From contig OX597824.1 in assembly GCA_951406725.2 (NCBI GenBank), positions 37,386,001-37,450,000 on the forward strand: 64,000 nucleotides of DNA, read 5' to 3'. Position numbers and translations under genes: made by a program. The notes below the pieces were generated by a model. That model did no database searches. It saw nothing but the letters and a program-made list of their open reading frames with translations, and had not been told where the DNA came from. This stretch comes from Octopus vulgaris. Taxonomy: Eukaryota. Positions 50,164-62,685 of this stretch are shown piece by piece (within the stretch, counting starts at the first letter, position 1; each line of letters starts with the position of its first letter).

Positions 50164-51049
50164 TACATATATAAACAACGAATATTATCAGCTATCAACT
50201 GATATTTCTAAAATTTTACATGGACACAGCCACCATGAAAACGGAGTGAACATCTTTATGGCACTTTTTAATAATGATATATTGTGAATTTTTTTTTGTG
50301 TGGGAGACTAACAATTATTATAGCATTTGCATTTATATAAATAAGTATTTAATTAAGTATAATATAAGTATATAAATTACCGTTAAGAAAAAAAAAAATT
50401 CTTATGTTTTTCTTTCCAGTTTTGGCATGCATGTTCATGCAGCTGTTTAGAAAACAAGCATGTAGATTGGAAATAAAATACATGTTAATATTAAAATTTT
50501 GATTTACCATATCATACACTAAGACTGTGATGTACTAAAGTGGGTTCCCATCCCCATTCATATGTAATTTAACTAGCTTCTGTTGGCCTGGTGTTGTAAC
50601 ACACATAGCACCTACATTAAGATTATGTTAGTTTGCATCAAGTTCAACTAACAAGGTATCTGGGGCATTTAAACTTAATAGCGCTCATCTCCAGGTCAAA
50701 AGCACAACCGATTTCTTGCAGAGAGAGAGATTAAGACACCAAGTACTTTTTTTTTATCTAATGCTCTAACTACTCTGCCAATGAACATATATTTGTATGT
50801 GCATGTGTATGTGTTTGTATAAACAGATACAACTGGGTGGATAAACTAAAAGTGACACTCAGTACATTTGTTATTGTTCAATGACAGTTTGATTCAATTC
50901 TATGCAACTAAGTTTCATAGGCTCTTAGAATGAACCTAGCTCATCAGGTGTTAGGAGGTCAATATCCTGTTACTCGATTTCCAGACACCTGATGAACTAG
51001 GTTCGGTCTATGAGCCTATGGAACTTTAAGATATGGATATACAAGGGGT

Positions 51050-52480
51050 GCTGTTGAATAATAGGAAGGGTATCAAAGAAAGCAGTGTCCATCTGTGGAA
51101 AATGCACAGGGGCCATAAAGTCTACAGATATACACAGAAAATTGATTTTCTCAAATGCCCCAGAGGCTCTCTAGAGGTAGTGGATAATTTCTACTGCCCA
51201 GGGGACCTAATAAGGAGTGGAGGAGAATGTACTGAAAGTGTAATTGCTAGAATAAGAATAGGATAGGGAAAGTTCAGAAAGCTTTTACCACTGTTGACAA
51301 CCAAAGGTCTCTCTCCCCAAGTGAAAGGAAGATTATATGATGCATGTGTACGAACAATAATGCTACATGGTAGTGAGATGTGGGCCTTAAATGCAGAAAA
51401 CATGTGAAAACTAGAGAGGAATGCAGCTTGTATGCTCCACTGGATGTGCAATATCAGTGTGTATGTGCAACAGCGCTAGTGTATTGAGAGAAAAGATAGG
51501 CATACAAGGAATTAGATGCAGTGTGCATGAGGGAAGGCTGCGCTGGTTTTCCATAATGGAATTGATATTCCAAAACCACCTTGGTAGATGTTTACACATG
51601 CAGAGCTCTGCCCCATCAAGCCTTCTCCTTCACAACATATGATACCCTAAACTCATCACTCCTTTATCTCTAGTATTATTTGGCTATCATAATTGCCTGA
51701 GAGTAGAAAAAGCACATATTTCCCACAACTCCCTTCCATTACATTTCTCTTTCCTTGCCTACCCCAGAACCTCTTCCATTCCTCATTATCTTCCTCCAGC
51801 CATGCTCTCTCCTCTATGCTATACTCCATCCTGCTATACTCCATCCTATGCTATACTCCATCCTTAGAACCACTTCCATTCATCATTATCTTTCTCCTGC
51901 CATTCTGCTATTTTCCAGGCACACTACAATACTGTATCCTTAACACCTCTTTTATCTTCTAACACTCCCAATGCCTTCATATATCTCACATACCCTGTCT
52001 CTTACCTGTCTAACCACCTCTACCCTGTCTAACCATTTACCCTCACATTCTTATGAAATTTTCCCTCTCGTTCTCCCTGCCTACTCACCCACTCCGACCC
52101 TCTGTATCACTTCACCTATATTCACCCCCTCCCACTTTACCTTGAGGGTATGTCTTGACACATATCCACTACTATCTCTCTCCCTCTCTTCATTTCCATC
52201 TTTCTCTTCAAGTTTCCTTCTCCAACTGCGATATCCTTGTATCACTTCTACAGCAAAACGCCTATTATTCTTCTGCTGGTGTTGGTGTCACACGAAAATA
52301 GCACCCAGTAAACTCTGTAAAATAATTGTCATTAGGAAAGGTATCCAACCTTAGAAATCATACCAAAACAAACAATAAAGTTTATCACAACCCTCTGCTT
52401 GCTAGCTCTTTATCCAACCCATGCCAGCAAGGAAAACAGAGGTTAACTGACGATGGCGCTGATGATGATAGTGGTGATGA
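51050..52480 (+). mobile_element. Old RTE-like LINE fragments with an intervening pyrimidine-rich segment
   Basis: LEVVDNF...ARIRIG*GKFRKLLP...RLYDACVRT.MLHGSE.W at 51170-51550; family tail at ~52270-52480. Confidence 0.75.
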
Positions 52481-54463
52481 GGCCAAGATGAGTAAACTTC
52501 TGCTGAGTCTCTTCAATCTGAGGACTGATCTGTCCATGATAAGAATATTGACAATTTACAAGGCATGATAAAATATTTAGAGGCCTCTGAAAATGGTTCA
52601 CATTGAACACCTCGCCATGTGGGTAATCAAGCAAGGATATGAAACTTGTACTCCCGGAATGTATATATCAAAACTTAATTTGCTCAAAATTTCAACTTGT
52701 ATTCTCATCTCTTACATAGGTATTTCTATAAAATTTCATTGAAACCCCATTTTCCTAAAAGTTATGAGGGAAAAACTCGAATTTTGTGAATTTTCCAAAG
52801 TCCTTTCCCCACCTCTTTGGAAAAGATTTTCCCCATAAATTTCTTTATAATTGTAATGTATGCCGTTTGAATGGTATTTCTATAAAATTTCATTGATAAA
52901 AACTCCCATTTTCCTAAAATTTATGAGGGAAAAACTCGGATCTTGTGAATTTTCCGAAGTCCTCTCCCCACCCTCCCGTTGCTTTGCGCGCATTTTTTTT
53001 TCATATTCGTTTCCTACATATTGTTTTACACCCATTCCAGTATTTCTTTTGGATTTTCATTTCCGGGTCAAGATGTAAACATTAACCCTTATTCCCTTAT
53101 TTTATCTGCCTCAAAACGATGAAAGACAAAATCAACTTCTGCGGAATTTGAACCCAGAACGTAAAGAGCCGAAAGATATGCCACTAAATATTTTATCCAG
53201 TGTGCGAAAGGTTCTACTGATAGCAAACTCATTATGTCTCATAGATATCTCGTCATGACTATTTTTTGAATGGCATATAAAAAAGCTTTGTTTAATTCAT
53301 TGATAATTTTTCAGGAATCTTCCTGTCCGGAAACTCCTTTACAACACGGTCCGTATTTGCAAAGGGAGTGTTTTATGTTCACCAAAACCAACAATAAACA
53401 GTTCACTTTTGATTGTTCGTTCACTAATTTTTCTTTTTCGTCTTACGTTATTAGATTTTGTAACATAAAAATATCTCTGGCTATCTTATTTTATACTACA
53501 TTAAATCAAAAGACAATCATCAAAAGTTTTCCGTTTCATTAAAATAGATCTATTTGCATTTTTAAGAGTAACATTGAAGCATTTACTTTCACTAGTTTTG
53601 CATTGTCGAAGCCCATCCTTAAATAACACATCACTCACACAGGCTGTAACCATTTCCCCTCGAATGACTGTATACAGCATTTCCTTTTTCTAGTGGTAGT
53701 ATGCAATGTAGCAGTCATTCTGATGAAAGTGGGTAGGAGGTTAGATTGGTTAGATGTCACGACTGACGAAGATAACAGTGAACGGCAGGGTCACCAAGTA
53801 CAAAGTGCTTATGGCAGCTATTCTTATTAGATGATGTTCAAAAGAGTAATTCACGAGAAAAACTATCGATAGCATATTTGAAGATAGCCAGCATTTTATA
53901 TTCATTTTAAACACTTCTTGTGTGCGTGTGTAATCGTGTATGTATCATCATCATGATTTAGTGTCTGCCTTCCATGCTGGCATGGGTTAGGTGGTTTGAC
54001 TGAAACTGGTAAACTGTAAGGGCTACACCACGTTTCGGATCCTTTCGGTTTGAACGGCAGTTTTTAACATAATTTCTAAGTAACTAAAAAATTTTAAACT
54101 TCGTATACTGGTAGAATGTGTTTGACGGATCTTATCAAGCACGGCATATTGCCAAAGGCCTCACTCACTTATCATTGCCTATGTATGTGTGTGTGCGCGC
54201 GTGCGTGTGTGTATTCTCTCGTTGTTATGTATTGTTTACTATGTGTTTTCTTGAGGTGACGGCAAGGCCTGCTTAGCTTTGTGCCACAAAACCACTATGA
54301 CGGGTAAGCTTTCTGTTTAAAGGAGCAGCGTTTTGCCAGCATGGCTTCATGTATGTATACCTACCTACCTACCTACTTACCTACCTACCTACCTACCTAC
54401 CTACCTACCTACATACATACATACATACATACATACATACATACATACATACATACATAAAAC

Positions 54464-54517
<54 letters not shown>

Positions 54518-54582
54518 AAATAAACAAAAGACGAAGGCAGGTAATATTGTATATATGGCGCTCAGGAATATAAATAAAACAA

Positions 54583-54619
<37 letters not shown>

Positions 54620-54738
54620 CGAAATTACTACGATGATCCGGTTCTACTGAAGACTGAGGGTTTCAATGTCCTTCCGTGTTTATTGTGTCGTCTTCTAAGA
54701 ATTATACGTTCTTGTCCATGTTGTATTTTTCTACATAC

Positions 54739-54771
<33 letters not shown>

Positions 54772-54773
<2 letters not shown>

Positions 54774-55168
54774 TTGTTTCAGTCATTTGACTGTGGCCAT
54801 GCTAGAGCATCGCCTTTAGCCGAGAAAATCGACCCCAGGACTTATTCTTTGTAAGCCTAGTACTTATTCTATCGGTCTTTTTTGCCGAACCGCTAAGTTA
54901 CGGGGACGTAAACACACCAGCATCGGTTGTCAAGCGATGTTGGGGGAGGGGACAAACACAGACACATAAACGCATACACACACACATACATATATATACA
55001 AATATACGACGGGCTTCTTTCAGTTTCCGTCTACCAAATCCACTCACAAGGCTTTGGTCGGCCCGATGCTATAGTAGAAGACACTTGCCCAAGGTGTCAC
55101 GCAGTAGGACTGAACCTAGAACCATGTGGTTGGTAAGCAAGCTACTTACCACATAGCCACTCCTACGC
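54772..55168 (-). mobile_element. SINE family A, full-length
   Basis: Near-identical to the other copies. Confidence 0.9.
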
Positions 55169-55245
55169 TATATACATACATACATACATACATACATACA
55201 TACATACATACATACATACATACATACACACGCACACACACACAC

Positions 55246-55290
<45 letters not shown>

Positions 55291-56173
55291 GCGGGAAAGG
55301 TGTAGCAAAAGATGTTGAGGTAGCAGATGAAAGAGGCATGTTGACGACATAAAAGTAAAACAATGGAAAAGCATCGGATTGTGGTTTAAATAATTTATTT
55401 AAATGATACTTGCATTTACTTGTTGTATACACCAAAAAAGAATTCACCACATGACATTACTAACTTGTTTCGAGTTGGTGAAGAAGAAAATAAACAGGGG
55501 AAATACTGCATCGATGTGATGAGGTAGAACCCGGCATGTTTTGTGACTGTGTGTATGTTGGTCATTCGGTGGTGTCTGTTTATGTTCTCTGATTGCTACT
55601 GTGTTGGGTCGTTCATGCTGAATATGTTGTTCTGTGTTGGCTGCTTAACTGGCGCAAGTTACTTGCTGGCTGTCTCTTGACAGTTCGCCTGGTGATGGTT
55701 ATATGCCTCTGTCGTATGTCTGACTGTATTTATATTGATTATGACAGCTAGAAGCATACGACAAGAGTAATTTCTACTTATGTAGGTCGCCTCCTGTCCA
55801 CTTGAACCTTAAATGACACGGCTCAGGGCGTAGGTCGAAGGGAAATCCATCCATCACTTTTTGACAAGACAAAGAATTTCTTTCGCGCCTGTTGTTTGGC
55901 CAGTGGTGGATCAGGAGAGCGAGAATCCTTAGATTCGGTTTCGAATCTCAACTCGGAAAAAGGAAAAAGGAAGTGTAAGTTTTTACACACACACACACAA
56001 ACAATTGCAGCGTGGAAGATGTTTCTAAGCAATTCAAGAACACACAAAAACCATTAGTTTAATTTCAGCATTTAAATTTCATTTGTGTCAAAATATCTTC
56101 GTCGCTTTGAAACCGCGACCTGTTCACTGATGAAACTTCGTGCTGCATCTGAGAAAGTAACAGTTAGTTCATG

Positions 56174-56217
<44 letters not shown>

Positions 56218-56454
56218 GTTTATGTATGTATGTATGTAGGCATGTATGTATGCATGCATGTATGTATGTGTATGTGTACTTGCGTATGCATGCATATACG
56301 ATTTCAAAGCAATGAAAATATTTTGTCACAAACGAAATTAAAATGCTGAAGTTAAACTAATGGTTTTTGTGTTTTTTTGAATGGCTTACAAACATCTTCA
56401 ACGCTGCAATTATTTTTGTTTCAGCACACGATCTCAGATCAAGTCGCTTGCTAT

Positions 56455-58839
56455 GCAAGTACATCTCCGTAGGCGCCAACGCCGCCTCAACATCTCCCCG
56501 GCTGAGCTCTTGGCTCTTCGTTCCCTCCAACGGCGCGCTGACATTATCATCAAACCGGCTGACAAGGGTGGAGCTGTAGTGGTGTGGTGCGCGGACCTCT
56601 ATAGGGCCGAGGCTTTCCGCCAACTCAATGACACCTCCTTCTACTCCCCTCTGCCCTCTAACCCCACACGTAGCTACCAACAGACGGTATCCTCTACTGT
56701 CCGCGACCTCATCTCATCCTCCCGTCTCCCCCACACCGCATCCAACCTAATTGTGCGAACCCCACGTACCCCCACCATTTACTTCCTCCCCCAAATCCAC
56801 AAACCCAACAACCCTGGCCGCCCCATCGTCTCCGCCTGTAACTGCCCCACGGAGCTCATCTCTAAATACCTCGACCGTGTCCTTGCCCCCCTAGTGGCAT
56901 CTCTTCCCTCCCACATCCACGATACCAACCATGCTCTCCGGCTTTTCAACTCTTTCTCCTTTCCTACCGGCTCCTCCAAAATCCTTTTTACTATGGACAT
57001 CCAAAGCCTCTATACTGTTATCCCTCACCACGAAGGACTGCAGGCCCTTCGACACTTTCTTGACCTCCGCTCCAACCCTGTACCTGACACCTCCACACTC
57101 ATTCGTCTGGTCGAACTTGTCCTTACTCTGAACTGCTTCTCGTTCGCGGGCGAGTTCTACCATCAGATCTCGGGAGTGGCCATGGGAACGCGAATGGGCC
57201 CCAACTATGCGAACCTGTTCGTTGGCTATGTTGAGGCCTAAATATTCTCTAATTTCACTGGTCCCACTCCTGAACTATATGGTCGTTACATTGACGACAT
57301 TATCGGTGCCACCTCACTCTCCCGTGAACATCTAGATTCCTTCCTCTCTTTCGTCCAATCTTTCCATCCAGCCCTCCACTTCACTTCCACTATCTCCAGC
57401 ACCTCTGTCTCCTTCCTCGACATTTCGGTTAGCATTCTTCACTCCACTCTTACCTCCTCCATTCACTACAAACACACAGACTCACACTCATACCTCAACT
57501 TTTCTTCCTCCCACCCAGAACACACCAAGCTTTCCATCCCCTATTCCCAATTCCTCCGTCTACGTAGGCTCTGTAGTGACGACCATGACTTTGAGACTCA
57601 GTCTCAACGTATGGCTCACCACTTCACCCTACGTAGATACCCCCTCACCACTATCCACACCGCCCTTGCCAGAGCACGGTCCGTGGACCGTGTATCTGCT
57701 CTCTCTCCCCGAACCCGCCCTGTAGTCTCCCGCCTCCCTTTTCCCCTCACTTACCACCCCACGACCCTACCTCTCCAACGCACCATTCTTCGAGCTTTCC
57801 GTCATCTCCAGTCCGACCCGTCCACTTCACACCTCTTCCCTAACCGACCCCTCCTCTCTTTCAAACGAGCCCACAACCTTCGAGACCTTTTGGTCCATAG
57901 CTCCTTCCCTGACCCTACCTCCCAACCCGGCTCGTTCCCCTGCTCCCGCCCACGTTGCCGCACTTGCCCTTACCTCTCCAACACCACCCTCCTCACTAGC
58001 ACCCATCATCGACCCTATCCCATCATCCACTCCTTCACCTGCACCTCCAGCAATATTATCTATTGCGTCTCTTGCTCTCTCTGCCATTCCTTGTACATCG
58101 GACAAACGGGACGCCGCTTGGCTGACCGGTTCGCGGAACACCTTCGTGACATCCACCTTGCGAACGACACACCGGTCTCTCGCCATTTCCGCTCCACCGG
58201 TCACTCCTTGCAACACCTATCTGTGTTCGGTTTGTCCTTACACAGAGGCCATCCGGATTCCCGTTTGCGCCGTGAACAGGAATTAATCTTCTCTCTTCGC
58301 TCTTATACGCCATTTGGTCTCAACTCTCCCCCCTCCTCACCTACCTTTCCCCCCGACCCCTACTTCTTCAGTCCTTCATCCTTTCACCCCTACTCCCCTT
58401 CCCTTCTTCCCTTTTCCCCTTCCCTCTGCTCCCTCACTCCCCTTCTCTCTCCCCCTCTCCCTATTTCCTCCTTCCTCCTCCCCTCCGCCTCCCCTTCCTT
58501 CTCCCCCTCCTCTCTCTCTCCCTCTCCCCCTCTTCTCCCCCTCCCCCTCTTCTCCTCTCTCCACACTACACCACACGACTTTACACATCACATCATATAT
58601 GATGTGCCATACTAATACATACACCAACTAATACATACTAATACATACTAATACATACACCAACCCTATACATACACACGTCCAGGCCTCTCATACGCAC
58701 TAATACTCTCTCATACACACACACACACACACACCCTTATACATACTAATACGTACTAATACATACTAATACATACTAATACATACACCAACCCTATACA
58801 TACACACGTCCAGACCTCTCATACGCACTAATACTCTCT

Positions 58840-58882
<43 letters not shown>

Positions 58883-59180
58883 ATGTTGGAGCTGGTCACT
58901 CAACCCTATTATCTCCCCGAATTTCGCTCTCGCGTCTCATGTTTGATCTTTGACTTCTGGCCGAAATCAGATCGCCATGTTGGTTCGTTAGTTACTGCAC
59001 GCATTTTTTTCTCTCCTTCTTTCTGTGTTTTTTTCTCTCTGTGTATCTTTCTGTTGAAGAGCGTAGGCTCGAAACGTTAAAGACTTGTTTTATTTATATT
59101 TCCTGAGCGCCATACTAATACAATTGTTTGTTTGTTTTCCACCTGCCTTCGTCTTTTGTCTATTTTCATAAAGCTTCCCG

Positions 59181-59182
<2 letters not shown>
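56455..59182 (+). mobile_element. Penelope-like retroelement (Neptune-like): RT + GIY-YIG, 5'-truncated, one premature stop
   Basis: IIKPADKGG, PGRPIVS, MDIQSLYT and GVAMGT motifs, then TAA 57239-57241, then in-frame RYIDD, a Cys linker (PCSRPRCRTC) and IIYCVSC..C..LYIGQT.R.L..RF.EH...PFGLN. Ends in (TA)n. Confidence 0.95.
59046..59083 (+). ncRNA. Minimal hammerhead-like motif in the Penelope 3' terminal region (variant core)
   Basis: UCUUU-CUGUUGA-A-GAGC(GUAG)GCUC-GAAA-CGU-U-AAAGA. Confidence 0.6.
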
Positions 59183-59232
<50 letters not shown>

Positions 59233-59240
59233 TAGACTAG

Positions 59241-59280
59241 ACTAGAGTACCCTTGACCCGTTGAGTCATCGGGTAAGTCT
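59241..59280 (-). mobile_element. Possible Helitron-type 3' terminus
   Basis: Hairpin ACCCG...CGGGT (59256-59274) lies ~10 nt before CTAG|T on the minus strand. The 5' end is not identified. Confidence 0.4.
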
Positions 59281-59705
59281 GAGTTTCCCAGCAACGGAGT
59301 TTTCTTTCGTGTTTTTTTTTTTGCTTTTCCTGGTTATTTTGCATGCTTTCAACGAATGTGACATAGAAATCACGCGTAAGCGGCTCCTTTCCCAAGAAAA
59401 GGAAATATTTGTCTGCTATTTCTTGCATGCCCTGCTACCACGTAACAGGTATTTCGGATCCTTTATCATAAATAGCAGTTACGTGGTAGACTGACGCGCA
59501 AGAAATAGCAGCCAAATCTTTGGAGGTGAGATAATGAACCCGAAAAAATCCCATGGAAAAAAATGATTTCACACTGAGCTTACGAATGGGTCTTTTACGC
59601 CATATTTATGCCAAAAAATAAAAAAATTTGTAAAGGTATTCACTTAAAAATTATTTTGAAAAAACAAAAAATATTGTTTGTTTTAAGAAAGCTAAAATAT
59701 ATACA

Positions 59706-60234
59706 TACTTGTCCGAGTAAAGAATACGTACACCACCCGTTTTCGGTGTAACAAAAACTCTAACCCTAACCCTAAACATTATAATGATGTCGGGGTTATC
59801 CAATTTTGGTGGTAACTTTGGCTTAATGACACACTATAATTTAGTCAGTATGAGAAGGAAGGAAGTGACTGTATCTGTTCATAACAAGAGGATAGAATTC
59901 ACCAGACACTTTTTATTACTGGAGCTAATGCGTTCATATACAAGGTTAATAGAAGGAAGCTTGTAATATTCCATGAATATGTTATGTTTGCAGTCACATG
60001 TCCCCAAGTAAGACAGGTGAACGAGTGCACGAGTGAACGTGAAGTGCGGCGGCTCGGCGCGAATTTAGAATTTCCTTCCTTTATATAGGGATGGATCAGA
60101 AGTCCCCGACTTCCACGTAAAACCGGCAGCTTCCAGAAGAATCTCGAACATTCTAGAAGCTCGAGGGAGATTACTCTCGTTACATCCCTATTCCGTTTTT
60201 CTTGACGTCGTAACCGCGAGGGGTCACTACAACA

Positions 60235-60271
<37 letters not shown>

Positions 60272-60311
60272 CTAAACCCCGGGTGTGCGTTCTTTACTTT
60301 CGCCAAATACT
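59706..60311. mobile_element. Small MITE with (CCCTAA)n core, host of the solo LTR
   Basis: AGTAAAGAATACGTACACC at ~59716 is inverted to GGTGTGCGTTCTTTACT at ~60282. CCCTAA repeats lie on both sides of the LTR. Confidence 0.6.
59780..60231 (-). mobile_element. Solo LTR (Gypsy-like) with heat-shock element
   Basis: The minus strand begins TGTAGTGA and ends TCATTATA (imperfect IR). Flanks are ACAT/ACAC, a 4-bp TSD with one mismatch. TATATAAAG (60079-60087) and AATAAA (59912-59917) lie in U3-R-U5 order. Confidence 0.75.
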
Positions 60312-60477
60312 TATTGTACAAACAACTTACATTTTTGAAATCACATTCACTTAAAAATATTTCTAAATGATTATTTACTGTAAAAAAACAAATCGTAGTT
60401 TTTCGTTGTCAATTCACTGTCTAATCGAAAGGTAAGAGTTACTTCCTTTTCAGGATTAAGTTAATTTCGTAGACTTT

Positions 60478-60790
60478 TCCCATTATGCACCGTTTTGGGT
60501 ATTAAAACCCTGAAAACCCTTAATATCTTCACTTCTACTTATCCGATTTACGCGAAATTCGTTTCATTCCACTCGTATTTACATCTCAGGGTAAACTTAA
60601 TTCATAGTATTTTCCCGTTATGAACCAGTTTGGCTGATTAACATTGCAAGCAAAGAAAACCTTCACAACTACTTATCTGATTTACGCGAAACTTGTTTCA
60701 TTCCATTCTTATTAACATTTCAGGGTAAACTTAATTCATAGAATTCTCCCATTATGCGCCAGTTTGGCTGGGTAACATTGCAAGCAAGCA
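60478..60790. repeat. ~135-bp tandem repeat (about 2.3 units); another ~150-bp tandem pair at 52720-52975
   Basis: acttatc.gatttacgcgaaa...cagggtaaacttaattcatag is repeated. Confidence 0.8.
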
Positions 60791-60816
60791 AGATTGAAAC
60801 TGACTTTTAATGTACC

Positions 60817-60847
<31 letters not shown>

Positions 60848-60857
60848 CACACATACA

Positions 60858-61735
60858 TACAGGGTGCGTAAGATATTCGAGGACAGATTTATGTTTATAA
60901 AAAAACCTAGATATATAATAACAGATAACTTTATCAAAAAATGCTATGTGGATAAAAATAAACCTCCCTTTCTATAATGTTATTCAATAAAGTCACCTTC
61001 AGCTTCAACAGCTGCTTCTATATGAGATCTAAATCATAAACATGCTCGAATCAAGTGGTCCTGGTTCATTTTAGACATTACTCTGACTATAACAACTTTC
61101 GAAGAGTCTTTGGTGTTATGGGCGTGTTCATTGATCTCTCTCTCAATAACACTTCGCATGTAATAGTCCAATGGATTGAGATCTGGGGAATTAGTAGGCC
61201 AAAAGTTAGGGGTTATGTGATCATGAAAATTTTCATCCATCCATTCTTGTGTTACTAGAGCCATGTGTGATAGTTCAGAGTCTCACAGAAACACATATGA
61301 CCTTCCATTGCATACACTGTCTATCCAGGTCTTAGACAGTTACAGGAAATTTTGTATGCATAATACTTGGAACTTCAGATTGGTCTGTACATAACCATCT
61401 GTCATTTCTTCTGCTACCTTTTTTGATCTTGGTCGAAGTTTTTCTCGTTTGAGAAAAACCAAATCAAATCTGCTGGATTTTGCAGTTTGTTTAAGAGTCT
61501 TTTAGATCTGATGTAGTGATTTTCTTTTGCTTTTTCAGACAAATGTACCTTTCCTCATCATATAAGACTTATATCTGATGTCTTCGTGGACAGCATTTCT
61601 GACTATCCTTCTAATACATGGAGATCATTTATAACTGACCTCATGGACTTTTTGGAATTGTAATCAATGCTTTGTTGAACTTGCTGGACAAATTCAGGTG
61701 TTCAGAGCGTTTAGAAATCGAAATATTTCTAAATT
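60858..61735 (-). mobile_element. Tc1/mariner-superfamily relic (maT/DD37D-like)
   Basis: FWPTNSPDLNPLDYY motif (ORF 61034-61264); TA + CAGGGTG terminus at 60858-60866. Confidence 0.8.
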
Positions 61736-61903
61736 GCTATGCTCAGCCTTTATAACCACAATAATAACATGCCTCTTCATTTCTTGAGTAAGCTGAGGGT
61801 CTGCTATTGTTATTTTCTGACGCAAAGATTATACAGAGTTTGCAAACAATGCAACAATGACCCCCAAAAGGTATGTCCACAAATCCACAAATACCTTACA
61901 CAC

Positions 61904-62068
<165 letters not shown>

Positions 62069-62685
62069 GTCTGTGTGTGTGTATGTATGTATGTATGTAT
62101 GTATGAGTATATGTATGAGTGCATGTGTGTGTGTGTGTGTGAGTGTGAATGTTTGCTGCGTGTGTTTGCGTTTGTGTATGCTTTCAAAAATTTATTTATT
62201 TGATGGATCCAAAAATTTCAGGTCATAAACTATTTCAAAAGTATAAACCAGAAACCCAGTAGGCTAATGAAAAACCCGGATTTTGTTCGCGGTGTGGGGA
62301 AAACCAGGACTAGCAGCTGAGCACTTGACATAAAATTAATATTTAGTACATAGTGACTCATAACAACGTTCATACCTGATAGAGTCATATAACACACTAG
62401 AAACATAAGCATTTAAGAAAATCGGTTTCAGAAATCCCTAACAACACACACACATATACCCCCCCCCCCACACACACACACTACATTAGCGGTTCTGTAA
62501 ATAGACACCGATATACTAAGTAGTAGACTCAATAAGTACTGGGATCAATTTCTTCGAGAAAACCCTTCGGCGTAACTTCGGTATAAGTACCGGATACATT
62601 TCAAGAAAGTGTTTTTTTTTATATATGGGGGGTTAGGGTTAGGGTTTGTGTTAGGGTTAAGGGTGGGAGAAAAGGGTTTCTGTTA

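Noticed and set aside
57239-57241. In-frame stop in the PLE ORF as programmed recoding or selenocysteine
   Set aside because: The codon is TAA, not TGA, and a single C>T change from Gln explains it.
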